A stretch of DNA of 64,000 nt from Lama guanicoe. Lineage: Eukaryota. The stretch is taken from the NCBI GenBank assembly GCA_013239625.1, contig MU056550.1:1039720-1103719 (forward strand). Reading direction: 5' to 3'. Below are positions 1 to 11,200 of this stretch, one piece after another. Each line of letters opens with the position of its first letter. The first letter of the stretch is position 1. The notes beneath the pieces are model-generated. The model saw only the letters and a list, made by a program, of their open reading frames with translations, ran no database searches and was not told the origin of the DNA. A program made the translations under genes and the position numbers.

Positions 1-140
1 AAATGTTATGATAAATCACAGAGAAAAAAATGTGACAATGAGTGTGTATATGTCCATGAATGACTGAAAAATTGTGCTGAACACTGGAATTTGACACAAC
101 ATTGTAAAATGATTATAAATCAATAAAAAATGTTAAAAAA
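1..140 (+). mobile_element. 3' end of a LINE-1, followed by the A-rich tail of a Vic-1-type SINE (to ~235)
   Basis: Typical L1 3'UTR terminus (tgtgctgaacactggaatttgacacaacattgtaaaatgattataaatcaataaaaaa). It is followed by aaataaacctaattaccacccc, the tail seen in the SINEs of this window. Confidence 0.65.
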
Positions 141-643
141 TAAATAAATAAATAAACCTAATTACCACCCCGCCAAAATAAATTAAAAAAAAATAAACTA
201 AAAAGAAAAAGATGTTAAAAGAAAGAGAAAAAAATTCTTTAAAGTCTTGTACGTTCTGACTGTAATCAAGTTATATCCATTCTATGATTCTTCTCAGGCA
301 ACGTCACAATGATGCATATAGATAAAGTTCATTCCACAAAGCAGCAGTAACCAGAACACAGGTGACAGCCCCCCTGCACTCTTAAATTCTAGTACTGGCT
401 CTGCAACAATGCATGTCATTTCTGCTTCTTTAGTCCTTAATTTCCTGCTCGGTAAAACAAGGCAAGACAGTCCTTAGAATTCCTTTCAGTGACATCTCTG
501 TGCTGCTCCCTATAGGTTAAATACATTTAGTGAACATCAGGTACCTCCAGAAGTCATTAACTGTAATCTGTCTCAAAGAAACTCAAAAGGATGTTAAGTA
601 CATTCAAAACTATCTGAAAGGAGAAATAAAAAGAATTTTTAGG

Positions 644-1475
644 TCTTTTTCCCCACTGGAACCACGGAGGGTGCCGAAGAGAAGAAAAAGGTTTCTGTTG
701 TGCCAGAAACCCTTAAGAAAAAGCAAAACAATTTCACAGCTTAAAGATCAAATGCCTGAGAAAGACATTTGCCCAAAAGATGCTTCGAAAGGCAAGTAGG
801 AAGCTTATCTATGAAAAAGCTAAACACTACCACAAGGATACAGGCAGATGTACAGAACTGAGATTACAATGGCCAGGACGGCAAGCAAAGCTGGCAACTT
901 TCATGTACTTGCAGAACCCAAACTGGCATTTGTCATCAGGATCAGAGGTATCAATGGTGTGAGCCTGAAGGTTCAAAAGGTGCTACAGCTTCTTTGCCTC
1001 CATCAGACCTTCAAGGGTGCCTTTGTGAAGCTCACCTTCAATTACCATGCTGAGAATTGTGGAACCATATATTGCATGGGAATACCCAAACCCGACGTCA
1101 GTAAATGAACTGATCTATAAGCGTGATTACGGCAAAATCAATAAGCGAGCTGCCCTGACAGATAATCTGTTGATGGCTTGATCTCTTAGTAAATATGGCA
1201 TCATCCGCATGGAGGACTTGATTCATGACATCTATACCATTAGAAAATGTTTCAAAGAAGCAAACAACTTCCTGCAGCCCTTCAAACTGTCTCCTCCATA
1301 GGATGGAACGAAGAAAAAGACCACCCATTTTGTAGTAGGTAGACATGCTGGCAACAGGGTAGACCAGATCGACAGGCTTATTAGAAGGATGAACTAAGGT
1401 ATCTATCAAGATTATTTTTGTAATCCAGACAGTTAACAAACAATGAGTACTTTCAAATTGAAGGGGAAAAAAAAA
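644..1475 (+). pseudogene. RPL7: RPL7 (60S ribosomal protein L7/uL30) processed pseudogene, antisense within RABEP1 intron 1
   Basis: Intronless fragments [19 protein letters not shown] and [39 protein letters not shown] lie in shifted frames and end LIRRMN-TAA (1395-1397). Start ATG is mutated to ACG (664). There is a 5'TOP pyrimidine tract at 644, an A-tail at ~1467-1475, and a degenerate TSD agaatttttagg (632-643) / ggaatatttagg (1478-1489). Confidence 0.96.
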
Positions 1476-2401
1476 GAGGAATATTTAGGAAGGACATATG
1501 TTATCATCAATTTTCTTCAGACTAACATAGAGAAGAATGCCTTGGATTTCTCTGTGTGGTCCTAGAGAAGAGAACTAAAACCAATGGGTAGAAATAATGG
1601 TGAGGCAAATTTCCACTTAATTAAAGGATAAACAAAACACTAGAACTTGCCAAAACTAGGAGGTAGTGAGTTCCTTCTCTCTCCAGAGGCATTCAAACAG
1701 AAAGCAGTCCCACTTGGAAGAGATTCAAGTATTTAGTGAGAAAACTGAACAAAAGTACCTTCTTTCATAGCTCTTCCTGTTCATTCACTTGTAGTTAACA
1801 GCTTCCTCTGTGATCCAACAGACAACTATCTTCCATCACTAGATACCTCATTTCACATTCGTGTCCCTAAGGTCCATTCCTCTACCAATCATCACAAAAT
1901 TCCTGAAATCAAAACTATCTCATTCATTTCTACATCCCTTCCACATTACCTGGCACAACTGTACTGCACAAAAACAAACATAACAAATGTTTACTAAATA
2001 CTCTTATGAAGACTAAACTCAATTTAATGATTATACAACAAGAGCACATCAAATTTCACTGGATAAAAATCCAGCGTATGGTGTAGTCAAGGTATTTTAG
2101 AAATCAGAGCCCTTAAGATGCAAAGTCAGTTCCATCCATAGGGAGTCAGGTAAGGTATACAAATTAAAAGATACTACGTATCTTTTATGTGTTAGACTAC
2201 TACTGTGTGTTGGGACATCAGAGTAGGGGTGTGGGGTAAGCTCAGGGCTTTTACGTTTTGGATTAAGTATCTCTGCAAGTTTAGTGTTTGGGAGATTGAT
2301 CAAGTTATAATAGACAAACCAAATATATGGATTATTGAATAAATGGTTTTAAAACAACTAGCTATCCATTTGGAAGAAAAATTAAAAATAAATTCCAGAT
2401 G

Positions 2402-2687
2402 CAGGCAGTTTTCCCCAGCAAGCCAGAAAGTGGCTTTCCAGCAAGTTCTGCAGATGTGGTCACTTAGTGAACTGTGCCCTTCAGAGGGCCACAGCTGCAG
2501 AGTCTGGATCTCAGTTCTGGGAGTGGCCTTCTCAAGATGTGTTCCTTCCCTGGGTGCTCTACCTTAGCTCTAGAGGCAGCTACTAGCTACTCCCTATATC
2601 TACTATTCTTATATTTTTAGGGTTCCCTTTTTCTCCTAGGTAATCCCCTGTTTAGTTAATCTTTATATTAAATTTCACCCATTAAAT
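2402..2687 (+). mobile_element. ERVL-type LTR 3' fragment flanked by a 20-bp direct repeat, inserted in an L1 remnant
   Basis: ttaaaaataaattccagatg occurs at 2382-2401 and 2688-2707. The insert ends in tagttaatctttatattaaatttc, which resembles LTR33/LTR41-like poly(A) regions (family from memory). Confidence 0.6.
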
Positions 2688-3149
2688 TTAAAAATAAATT
2701 CCAGATGATCTAAAGTACTAAATATAAAAGACGAAATTATAAAATGTTGAAAATTAGGGTTTTTTTAAATAAACATGGGAGTTGAAATCTTCCTAAGACC
2801 CAGAAACCATAACTTTTTAAAATAGATCTATGTAAAAATTAAAGCTTTCTGCACAACAAAAGAAAAAATAAATATGTATAATCACTCTCAGGGAAGTACA
2901 AATTAAAAAGCCATTATCCATTTTATTTCTTTCTGAGAACATAACTTGAAACACTACATAGCCAATAAACATATAAAAAGTGCACCTGTAAACACTGTAT
3001 GGTTTTATACACGTTTACAATGTACTTTTGCTGCCTTCTAGATAATTTATTTTGCAACACATTATTGCACAGTTGTAAATAAATTATGTACTGTAACATC
3101 ACTTCAGTTATGTGTAAAGAAATAAATTAATTTTAAAAACAAATCAATA

Positions 3150-4570
3150 AAAAGCCATTATCTTACCTACTTGCTTAAAACCCTTCAACGGCTTCTCCTA
3201 CAGCTCTAAGGCTAAAGCCCACTCAGGCCAGCCCATACCTATCTGACTCTCTCATTCTTTCTACCCAGGCACACTTTCTTCAGTTCTCTTACTCATCCTA
3301 ATTCTTCCAAAAAAGGGGCTCTTGCTCATCTCAGCTCTAGGCACTTCCTCAGAAACCTTTCCTGGACTCACTATTGGCTCACATTCCTCAGTTACAGCAT
3401 TTATAGCACTGTGTACCTCTGACAGTTCCTCAGCCCCAAAATCTCTGAGTGATCCTCTCTCTCTTACATCCCATATCTAATGCAAATCCTGTTGGCCATA
3501 CCTTCAAAATATAACCTCCACCAATACACCCAAGCCTCATTGTCTTTTTCCTGGATTAATGCCTCCCTTACCTTCCTTTACTCTACTGCCAATCTAGCAG
3601 CCAGACAGGTTTTTGGTTTTTGTAATATATTATTTCTTAATGTATTATTTTTTAGTTTTTTTATTTTGAGGGGAGGAGGTGATCAGATTTATTTTTAGAG
3701 GAGGTACTGGGGATCAAACCCAGGACCTTGTGAATGCTGAGCATGCACTCTACCACTTGAGCTATATCCTCCCCCTAAGGTTTGTTTCTTTTTTTTTTTT
3801 TTTTAACATAAGTCAGATCACATCACTCCTCTGCTCAAAACCTTTTCAATGATTCCCCATAAAGAAAGCCAATCTTCACAATCTTCTAGGGCCCTACGAG
3901 ATCTGCCCCACTCCATTACCTCTCATCTCATATCCCACTACTCTTCCCTCCCTTCCTCTCCCACCTCCTCCCACCCACTTCCACCACTAGGTCATTCTAG
4001 CCACACTGACCTCCACGCCATTCCTCAAACAAGCCAAACATATTCCTTCCCTAAGGCATTTACAAAAATTGATCCCTGTCTGAAACACTCTTCCTCCAGA
4101 AAGCCTCACAGTAGCTCTTCTATCTCCTTCAAGTCTTATCAAATGTCATCTTCTCAATAAGGCTACTCTGACCACCCTATTTAAAATCAGCCATGTCCCC
4201 CTTCCTTTTACCCTGCTTTTTTCCTTTTTTTCTTTCTTTTTTCCATAGCACTTATCATCTAACAATTCCTTTGATTTGCTTATGTTTGTTGTTTAGTATC
4301 TGTTTCTCCCACACTAGGGCAGGGTTATTTATTATCTGTTGTATTCCCACTGATGTATTTCATGTATCTAGAATTGTGCCTGGCAAGTAGTACACACTCA
4401 TATTTGTTGAATAGTTTTATACTTGGGATTATCTAATTAACAGCCTTATGATTCACTACCTAGGAACACTGACTGGGTTTAATGTTGTTCGTCACTGAAT
4501 GTCCTAGAGCCTAGCACAGGACTTGGCATAGACTAGGCACACAAATATTTGTTAACTGAAGCATATCTGT
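3150..4570 (+). mobile_element. L2 LINE fragments
   Basis: L2 motifs: gatcacatcactcctctgctcaaaacc, ccacactgacctcc, and tagaattgtgcctggcaagtag...atatttgttgaat. Confidence 0.7.
3660..3775 (-). mobile_element. Vic-1-type tRNA-derived SINE
   Basis: Reverse complement reads ggggaggatatagctcaagtggtagagtgcatgctcagcattcacaaggtcctgggtttgatccccagtacctcc, containing Pol III A/B boxes. Confidence 0.85.
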
Positions 4571-4989
4571 TCATTTGTTTTTTGTCTATCAGAAGATACA
4601 AATTTAAAACAAATGACATTATCAGGACTTGTACGAGTGTAGGGAAAATCCACCCTCTCAGACTGTTGGCAGGTATGTAAATTGATACTTTTTGAGAGCA
4701 AGCTAGCAATAGCTATTAAAATTTAAATCACTCAGAGCTCATGCCCTTTAATCCAGTAGTCTTACAGAAGTAAAAGCAAGAGTATCTGAAAAAAATTTGT
4801 ACAAAAATATCTATTATAGAACTGCTTATAAAATGAGAAAACTGGAAGCAACGTACTTTCCATCAATAAAGACACAGGCAAATAAATCATGTGTGGCACA
4901 TGAATGTGATGAACATTCTTTAACAAGAATGAGGCAGATCTATAATATTGAACTGGAAAGTAGTCCATGATCTAGTAAACAGACCAGAG

Positions 4990-5170
4990 GGCCTTGGCAT
5001 TAGATGGCCTGGATTTGAATCCTAGCTCCCTTCACTTCCCAGCTATGTAACTCCAAGCACTTTTAACTTCTCTGTACTTCAGTTTCCTTATCAATAAAAT
5101 ATTATAATAGTACCCACCTCACTGATAAGAAGATTTCCTGAGATAACATATGTAGTGCCTGTAACGCATT
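4990..5170 (+). mobile_element. MIR SINE
   Basis: MIR core: ctggatttgaatcctagctcc...aacttctctgtacttcagtttccttatcaataaaat. Confidence 0.75.
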
Positions 5171-5607
5171 ACATGGCCACATAACTACTTACAAGCATAC
5201 AATAATTACAGCTAACATTTATTACGTGAAATACACAAGTTGTAGACCCACATATGTAAAGCATGTCCATTTCAGGGAGAATAGGTAGCATATCTGTGTA
5301 ACTACAGAGAAAAATCAAGGACAAAAAATTTAATACTGGTTTCCTCTGGGAGATTGGAGAAGACATACTTTCTAATATTCACAACTTTTTAATGGAGGGA
5401 TTTTAGAAAACAGTGTTCTTAAATAAAAAAGAAATGAAGTACTTCTACTTCTAACTTAGATTTCAACAGTACAAGCAAATACATCTAACTTGGATTGTAA
5501 AATATTAAAATTCGAAAAATTTTATATTATACATAGTCTTTGAATTCTCTAGGTAAAGTGAAATAATCAGCTGAAATTTGTTCGGCTAGTAAAGTTACCT
5601 TTGTTCT

Positions 5608-5759
5608 GGGGGAGGGGAAAGCTCAGTGGTAGAAAGCCTGCCTAGCATGCACAAGGTCCTGGGTTCAATCCCCAGTAACTCCACTAAAGAAAATAAGTAA
5701 ATAAATAAACCTAATTACCTCCTCCCCTAAATAAAAAAAAAAAAGCTAATATATGTTTT
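5608..5759 (+). mobile_element. Vic-1-type tRNA-derived SINE with 16-bp TSD
   Basis: A box gctcagtggtag, B box gggttcaatccc and an A-rich tail. TSD aagttacctttgttct at 5592-5607 and 5760-5775. Confidence 0.92.
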
Positions 5760-7739
5760 AAGTTACCTTTGTTCTAAATGAATAAATGAAGATGCATCAT
5801 CAAAAAATGTTTTTTCAAAAAACTTACAAAATAAGGAATTAAAAAGAATGAAAAGAAAATTATTATATTTCATCCTGTCGGTATACACACAAATCAATTC
5901 TTTACTACTGTACCTCTGTGAAAAACAAACATGTCAAAAAAGGAAAAGGAAACAATGTCAATGTAAAAGACAACTGTTTCTAAAATGGGATAAAAGAAAG
6001 ATTAAAGCCAAAAACTAAAATTTATCTTTACTGTCAGTTTGACTCAAAAGATCGTTGTTTTTTTTTTTTTTAAATCAGCCAGGCTAGGAAAATCAAGTGT
6101 CCTTAAAGCTAAAGTGTTAGGAAGTGATCTATATTAAGTTCAGCCAAAGAAAAAAATTAAATCCCCAAGATGAGCTTCTGAGAAGACACTGACACAAAGC
6201 TCTCAAATATACCAAATTCTCTCTCCTTCTGTGAACAATAGTTGTGGGTGCTCATTTACTACACTAATTGAAAATAAATACTGCAATTTATGTAAACTAA
6301 ATCTCACCCTGGAATCACAGGAATTGAAAAATCAGGAATAAACCTGTACTAAGAGTATACGATTTCCTAAAGCTAATTTTTCCTAGCCTCTTTCAAGTGC
6401 TTAGTCACTTCTGCCTATTTACAAAGAAGACCATTTCACATCTAGAAAGAGGCAGGGAATTTTTATTCCAGACTGTCATGTCACCTGAGCTGCCCTAGAC
6501 AGTTTGTTTCCATGCAACTCGAGAGAAGGCAGCAGCCAACTAAGCATACCTACCACTCCAGATCAGAACCAGGAGCCACAGGGGCTCCTCTCTATTCTGC
6601 CTCTGTCTGCAATAACAAAGAGGCGTTTGTGGAAAAGCAAAGTTTTCTTCCCTGACACCAAACACAGAAGGTGAGAATTAAAATGTAGCCTGAAAACATT
6701 CTCTCCCGTTTCCTCTAACAGCACACCACAAATGCCTCCCTTCTCTTCTACTGAAACAGAAACAGCAAGCAGATTCTTACACAACTCCAGATGTGGGTAC
6801 TAGACCTTTCTCCTTAGGCAACTAACAAAACCTATAACTAGAGCCTAAGAGGCTTTGGAGCACACTTCCAAGCTAGCAGCTGGTTTTAAAATCTGATAAC
6901 ATTGTTTCAGGTTCCCCAAAAGCAAGAAAGAAGAGTAAGGTTTTCATGAAAGATCGTCTTAAGAGACAACCCTAGGCCAAGGCAAGTTTTTAAGCACCTA
7001 GTATGTGCTCAGCACCAAATCCCAACATTCCACTCCACTTAAAAGATGCTAAGCTGATTACAGAATCACACCTGAAAGAACTCTCTCTCTCTCAGATACA
7101 GTAGTGCCTTCCCAAAGACCAAGCACATTCTTTCCAAACATAACTCCAAGTAGTAAAACCTGGAATCACCTGGTCAATCTCTGAAGCAGAGCTTAGTCCA
7201 CTTCCCAGAAGGTCATGGACTCTTGACAACCAACTTGAACTATTCAGGATGGAGCTCTTTCCCCTCTCAAGAATGTAAGTGCTATAAAAGCCATTGTTTC
7301 CTCGACTTCAGTATCCTCAAACATCATTCTCATTCTTCCCAAATATCCCCTTAATAACACCACTTTACATACATATGTGTTCCCGTCTCTACAGATAAAA
7401 TATAAAGGCACGCATTAACCTCTTTTCATGAGGATAGTGACGTTCAAAAAGGCCAAGAAATTCGAATAGGCCTGTTAGTGAAGGCTCGAGGTCCTTTAGG
7501 CGCCCAGGCCTCAACACTTACCAGTAAGCCACACTGCCTTTCAAGGAACGCTACTAAATCCAGTTACTGATCCCAACTAGTTTTATGTCACAAAACTGGG
7601 TGCAAAGCGTTCAGTGACATGGATGGGGGGGCAGGGAGGGGTGGAAAGGGGACACCACCATTACCTGAGCAATTTTTTTCTCTCACTAATAATATATACA
7701 TGTTCCCGATTTCCATCTTCCCCACGGGCAGAACCCACG

Positions 7740-8540
7740 TGCCGGTTCCACCGCTACCCACAGCAGCTCCCTCTCCAAGCTCCCCAGCTTCTGCCGGGTC
7801 CCCAGTAGCCTCCCACGCTCCCTCCCCCAGACCAGCCCTGCCGCCGGCGCCTACCGCCCCCTCCCCAGCGACGGCCGCCCAGGCCCCCGCGCCGCCCTCT
7901 CAAGCAGCCGGCTCCCGAACGGGCGCGCTCCCGCCTCCGCCCGAAGGGGTCACCCCCGGGGCCTGCGCGCGCCCTTCCCGCCGCCCGGAGGTTCCCCCCA
8001 CGACGCCGGCGCCGGCGCCTGGCAGGCCGCGCCCGCCGCGCCTGCCATGGTGGGCGCCTCACCGTCAGGCTGAGGAGCCGGGCCCGGCTGCGCCATGGCC
8101 AGGCGGCCGGCCTCGGGGAGCGGGGATGGGAGGGGAAACGGCGTCCTGGGCTCTCGCCGGCTCAGCTGGCGGAGCAGGCGTCGACCGAGCCGCCGCCGCC
8201 GCCGCCCAGGGAGGAACCGCTAAGGCTGGNNNNNNNNNNNNNNNNNNNNNNNNNNNNNNNNNNNNNNNNNNNNNNNNNNNNNNNNNNNNNNNNNNNNNNN
8301 NNNNNNNNNNNNNNNNNNNNNNNNNNNNNNNNNNNNNNNNNNNNNNNNNNNNNNNNNNNNNGGAGGGGCGGGGCTTCGCGAGGGGAGGGGGAGCGCGGCG
8401 CGGGGGGAGGCTGGAGGAGGAGCGGAGCCCGCGGCGGCGAGCAAGGCGGGTGGGATGGAGGGGGGAGGGGCGAGGAGGCGAGCCCGGGCGAGAAGGGCCA
8501 GGACGCCGAGAGGAGCCACTCGCGGTCCTCCGCCCTAGGA
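7740..8540. promoter_or_regulatory. CpG island / RABEP1 promoter and 5'UTR
   Basis: Very GC- and CpG-rich, with a GC box ggggcggggc at ~8365, G-runs and (gcc)n. It surrounds RABEP1 exon 1 and is interrupted by the N gap at 8230-8361. Confidence 0.9.
8063..8096 (-). CDS. RABEP1: RABEP1 (Rabaptin-5) coding part of exon 1; the rest of the gene lies beyond the window start
   Basis: gccATGG Kozak context, ATG GCG CAG CCG GGC CCG GCT CCT CAG CCT GAC G|gtgagg = MAQPGPAPQPD. This matches the recalled human N-terminus MAQPGPASQPD. The head-to-head arrangement with SCIMP matches human 17p13. Confidence 0.92.
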
Positions 8541-8579
8541 CAGAGGCAAAGAAAGAGTAATAATAAAAAGAGGGCGAGA

Positions 8580-8760
8580 CAGGAGGGTTGATGGTGAAGT
8601 GAGTGCAAATCCAGCTCTGCCTCTTCTAGCTATGTGACCTTGGGCGAGTCACTTAACCTCTTTGAACCTTACAGCCTTCGTCAGTATAATGGCTAAGAGA
8701 AGTTTAAATGAAGTAAAATGTGTGGAACTGTTTCTGGCGTACTTTCCATTACGCACCTGT
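8580..8760 (+). mobile_element. MIR SINE
   Basis: gcaaatccagctctgcctcttctagctatgtgaccttgggcgagtcacttaacctct. Confidence 0.75.
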
Positions 8761-10499
8761 GTACGTGCGATGTGACTTTTAAGTGCCAGGCACCGTGGAA
8801 GATGCTGGGGCAGCAACCAGACACAGTCCTTGCACCCATGAGGGGAGAGGAGAGATGATGTGCAGACAACACCGCCCTTATACCTGGGCATAGGTGCCAT
8901 ACATAAGAGGCTCACCCAGCTCTGGCCACATTCTTTCCACAGGGTCCAGGGGACATGCCCACCTGGCATCTGCGCCCCTCCTTTAAGATCAAGTTCTGGG
9001 AACTTGTGATCCCAGAATTCCGTCCCCAATGGCTGGAGGCTGTGGTCTCTTCCCCAGGTCCATCTTCTCTAGCTCAGTCTGGGGAGCCCTAAAAGTGGTT
9101 AAGGGCAGCTGTGTTTGGGGGAGGTGGCACATCACAACACTTGAGCTGCTCTGTCCAGGGATCCCTAGTGCAAGACAGAGATGGGAAAAGAGGGCAGGTG
9201 GGCCAAGGCCAAAGCTACCACTACCACCTCATTCAAGTGCATAAATCTAAGGAATCCAGGAATTGCAAATTTGAACCTGGTCTTCAGTGTCTTTAAAGAT
9301 GTGTATTTGTCGAGGTAGAATAGACTATTTAAAGGTAACAGTTGGAGTGATTTGTCATTTTAAATAATTTAAGTAGACACATGGCATCTATTTGTACTTT
9401 TGCCCCAGATCCTGTTGACATTAGGTAAAGACCTATATACAGACTCAAGTTTTTTGAGCAGTGAATATCCTTAGATGTCTGGTGTGCCTTTGAGAAGGCA
9501 AGCAGGGTGGTTTCCCTAACCCTTCATTAAATGACTTTCTTGGGTGAGCAAATTCGTGCTCGGCATGGAGACCTTTGTCCAGGATAAGGCAGCCCAGTGC
9601 ACCCTCTGTCTGGGGATGACTAATACTAGGCAGGGACTATAAAGATAGCAGGTGCTGATGCCCTCTTCAGAAGGAGCTCCTTCTAGTGAGTAAGAGGCAC
9701 CTTTATTGCCATTGATAATCTGGGGCTTGAAGCCAGGCCCTCAAGATAGAGGTCACTCAGAAATAGTCAGGCTGCTGGTTTGGACAGCTAGAGGTCCCCA
9801 TGCCAAGGAGGAGGTTGAAAAAGCAGTTTGGAAATCACATAGGAGCATGCAGAAGTTACGTACATTTTCATCTTTTTAGGCAAATATGAAATAGTCCATC
9901 CCCTACAGAATATATTTTAAAGAAAAGTAGTGTGTGCTCAAAGCCTTTATTAAGTATTAAAGACATGATTCTAATATTTTGAAATTGGGAGATAAGATTT
10001 AAACACGTGTAATAATTTAAACACATGTAATAATTACTTATTGGACACATTGGACATGGCCTGGGAGACACGTACAAGAATATTTAAGGTGGCATAGTTT
10101 ATAATACAGTAAAGAAATAAAAAACCCAAGTGTTCATCAACAGTAGAATGTAGATAAATACATTTTTAACTATTCATACCATGGAATACTGTACGGTAAT
10201 AATAATGAACAAACTACAGCTACATATTCAAAATAGATGAATCTCACAAACATAATTTCAAGGGAAAGAAGCAAATTATAAAATAATACATACAAGCATG
10301 ATTCCATTTATATAAAGTTCTAAAACAGGCAAAACTAAACATTATGCATATGTAGTGAACTGTAAAGACAGGAAGAGAACCAGTATCACAGAAGTCATGA
10401 CAGTGGTTTCTGAACTAGGGACGGAAGGGCATGTGATTAACAATTGCACCTAAAAGCCAATAGTTGTCTAGGGTGCTGGCAGTGTGGTATTTCCTTAAC

Positions 10500-11200
10500 C
10501 TGGGTCCATTCAAACTAATTATAAATCTGGGAGGTTGATGTTCAGGTGAGAAAGATTTGGGGATATTTGCCCATCATAAGCTTAAAATGAGCAAATTTGA
10601 TGCAACCGCTAGAAAGCACTCATTTTGTGCTTCATTAATAGAGTCACAGAGTAATGTTTGGGAGAATTCACCATTGGGGGAAGAAAAATAGAGTCACAGA
10701 GTATGAATTATAGGAGGTGATGTCTCTCCTGCACTTTGCCCTGGTTGGGTCACATCACCAGCATTAGCTGTGTTTGTTTCTGGACACTATTATTTGCAAG
10801 GGGACACTGGCCAGCTGGAGTGGGTGGAGTCCCAGGGAATGAAGAATCTGAAAATTATTCTCTGATGGAAATAGCAGGCAGAAGTACTGGAGATTAAAAA
10901 GGAAGAAAAAAAAGCAGAAGAAAAAAAAAGAAAGATGACTTGGACTGTGAAGACTGTCCTCAAAAACGTGCTATGTGCCCAGAGATTGCAGCAAGACAGA
11001 CTTCAACTCGACCTAAAGAAGAACTTTTTCCCAGAGCTGACCAGAGAGAGAAGGGGCTATCTTTCAGGGAGTGAGCTCCCTGTCACTGCAAGGGTGCAAA
11101 TAGAGCTGGCTAGCAATTGGTCAGAAGTGCTAATAGGATTCCTGATGCATTTGGGGGATTAGACTAGACCATCTTTACAATCCTTTTCAGCCTCAATATT
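10500..11200 (+). mobile_element. Ancient CR1/L3 LINE 3' fragment
   Basis: CR1-like motifs: gccctggttgggtcacatc, tgtttctggacac, agtgagctccctgtcactg, and gactagaccatctttacaatccttttcagcc. Confidence 0.6.

Noticed and set aside
5608-5680. tRNA-like sequences with A/B boxes (eight similar copies in the window)
   Set aside because: They have A-rich tails, TSDs where resolvable, and broken stems, so they are SINEs rather than tRNA genes.
7619-8608. Long Pro/Ala/Gly/Arg-rich ORFs on both strands (e.g. 313 aa)
   Set aside because: Expected by-product of a stop-poor CpG island, and several run through an N gap. The real coding content is the 34-nt RABEP1 exon.
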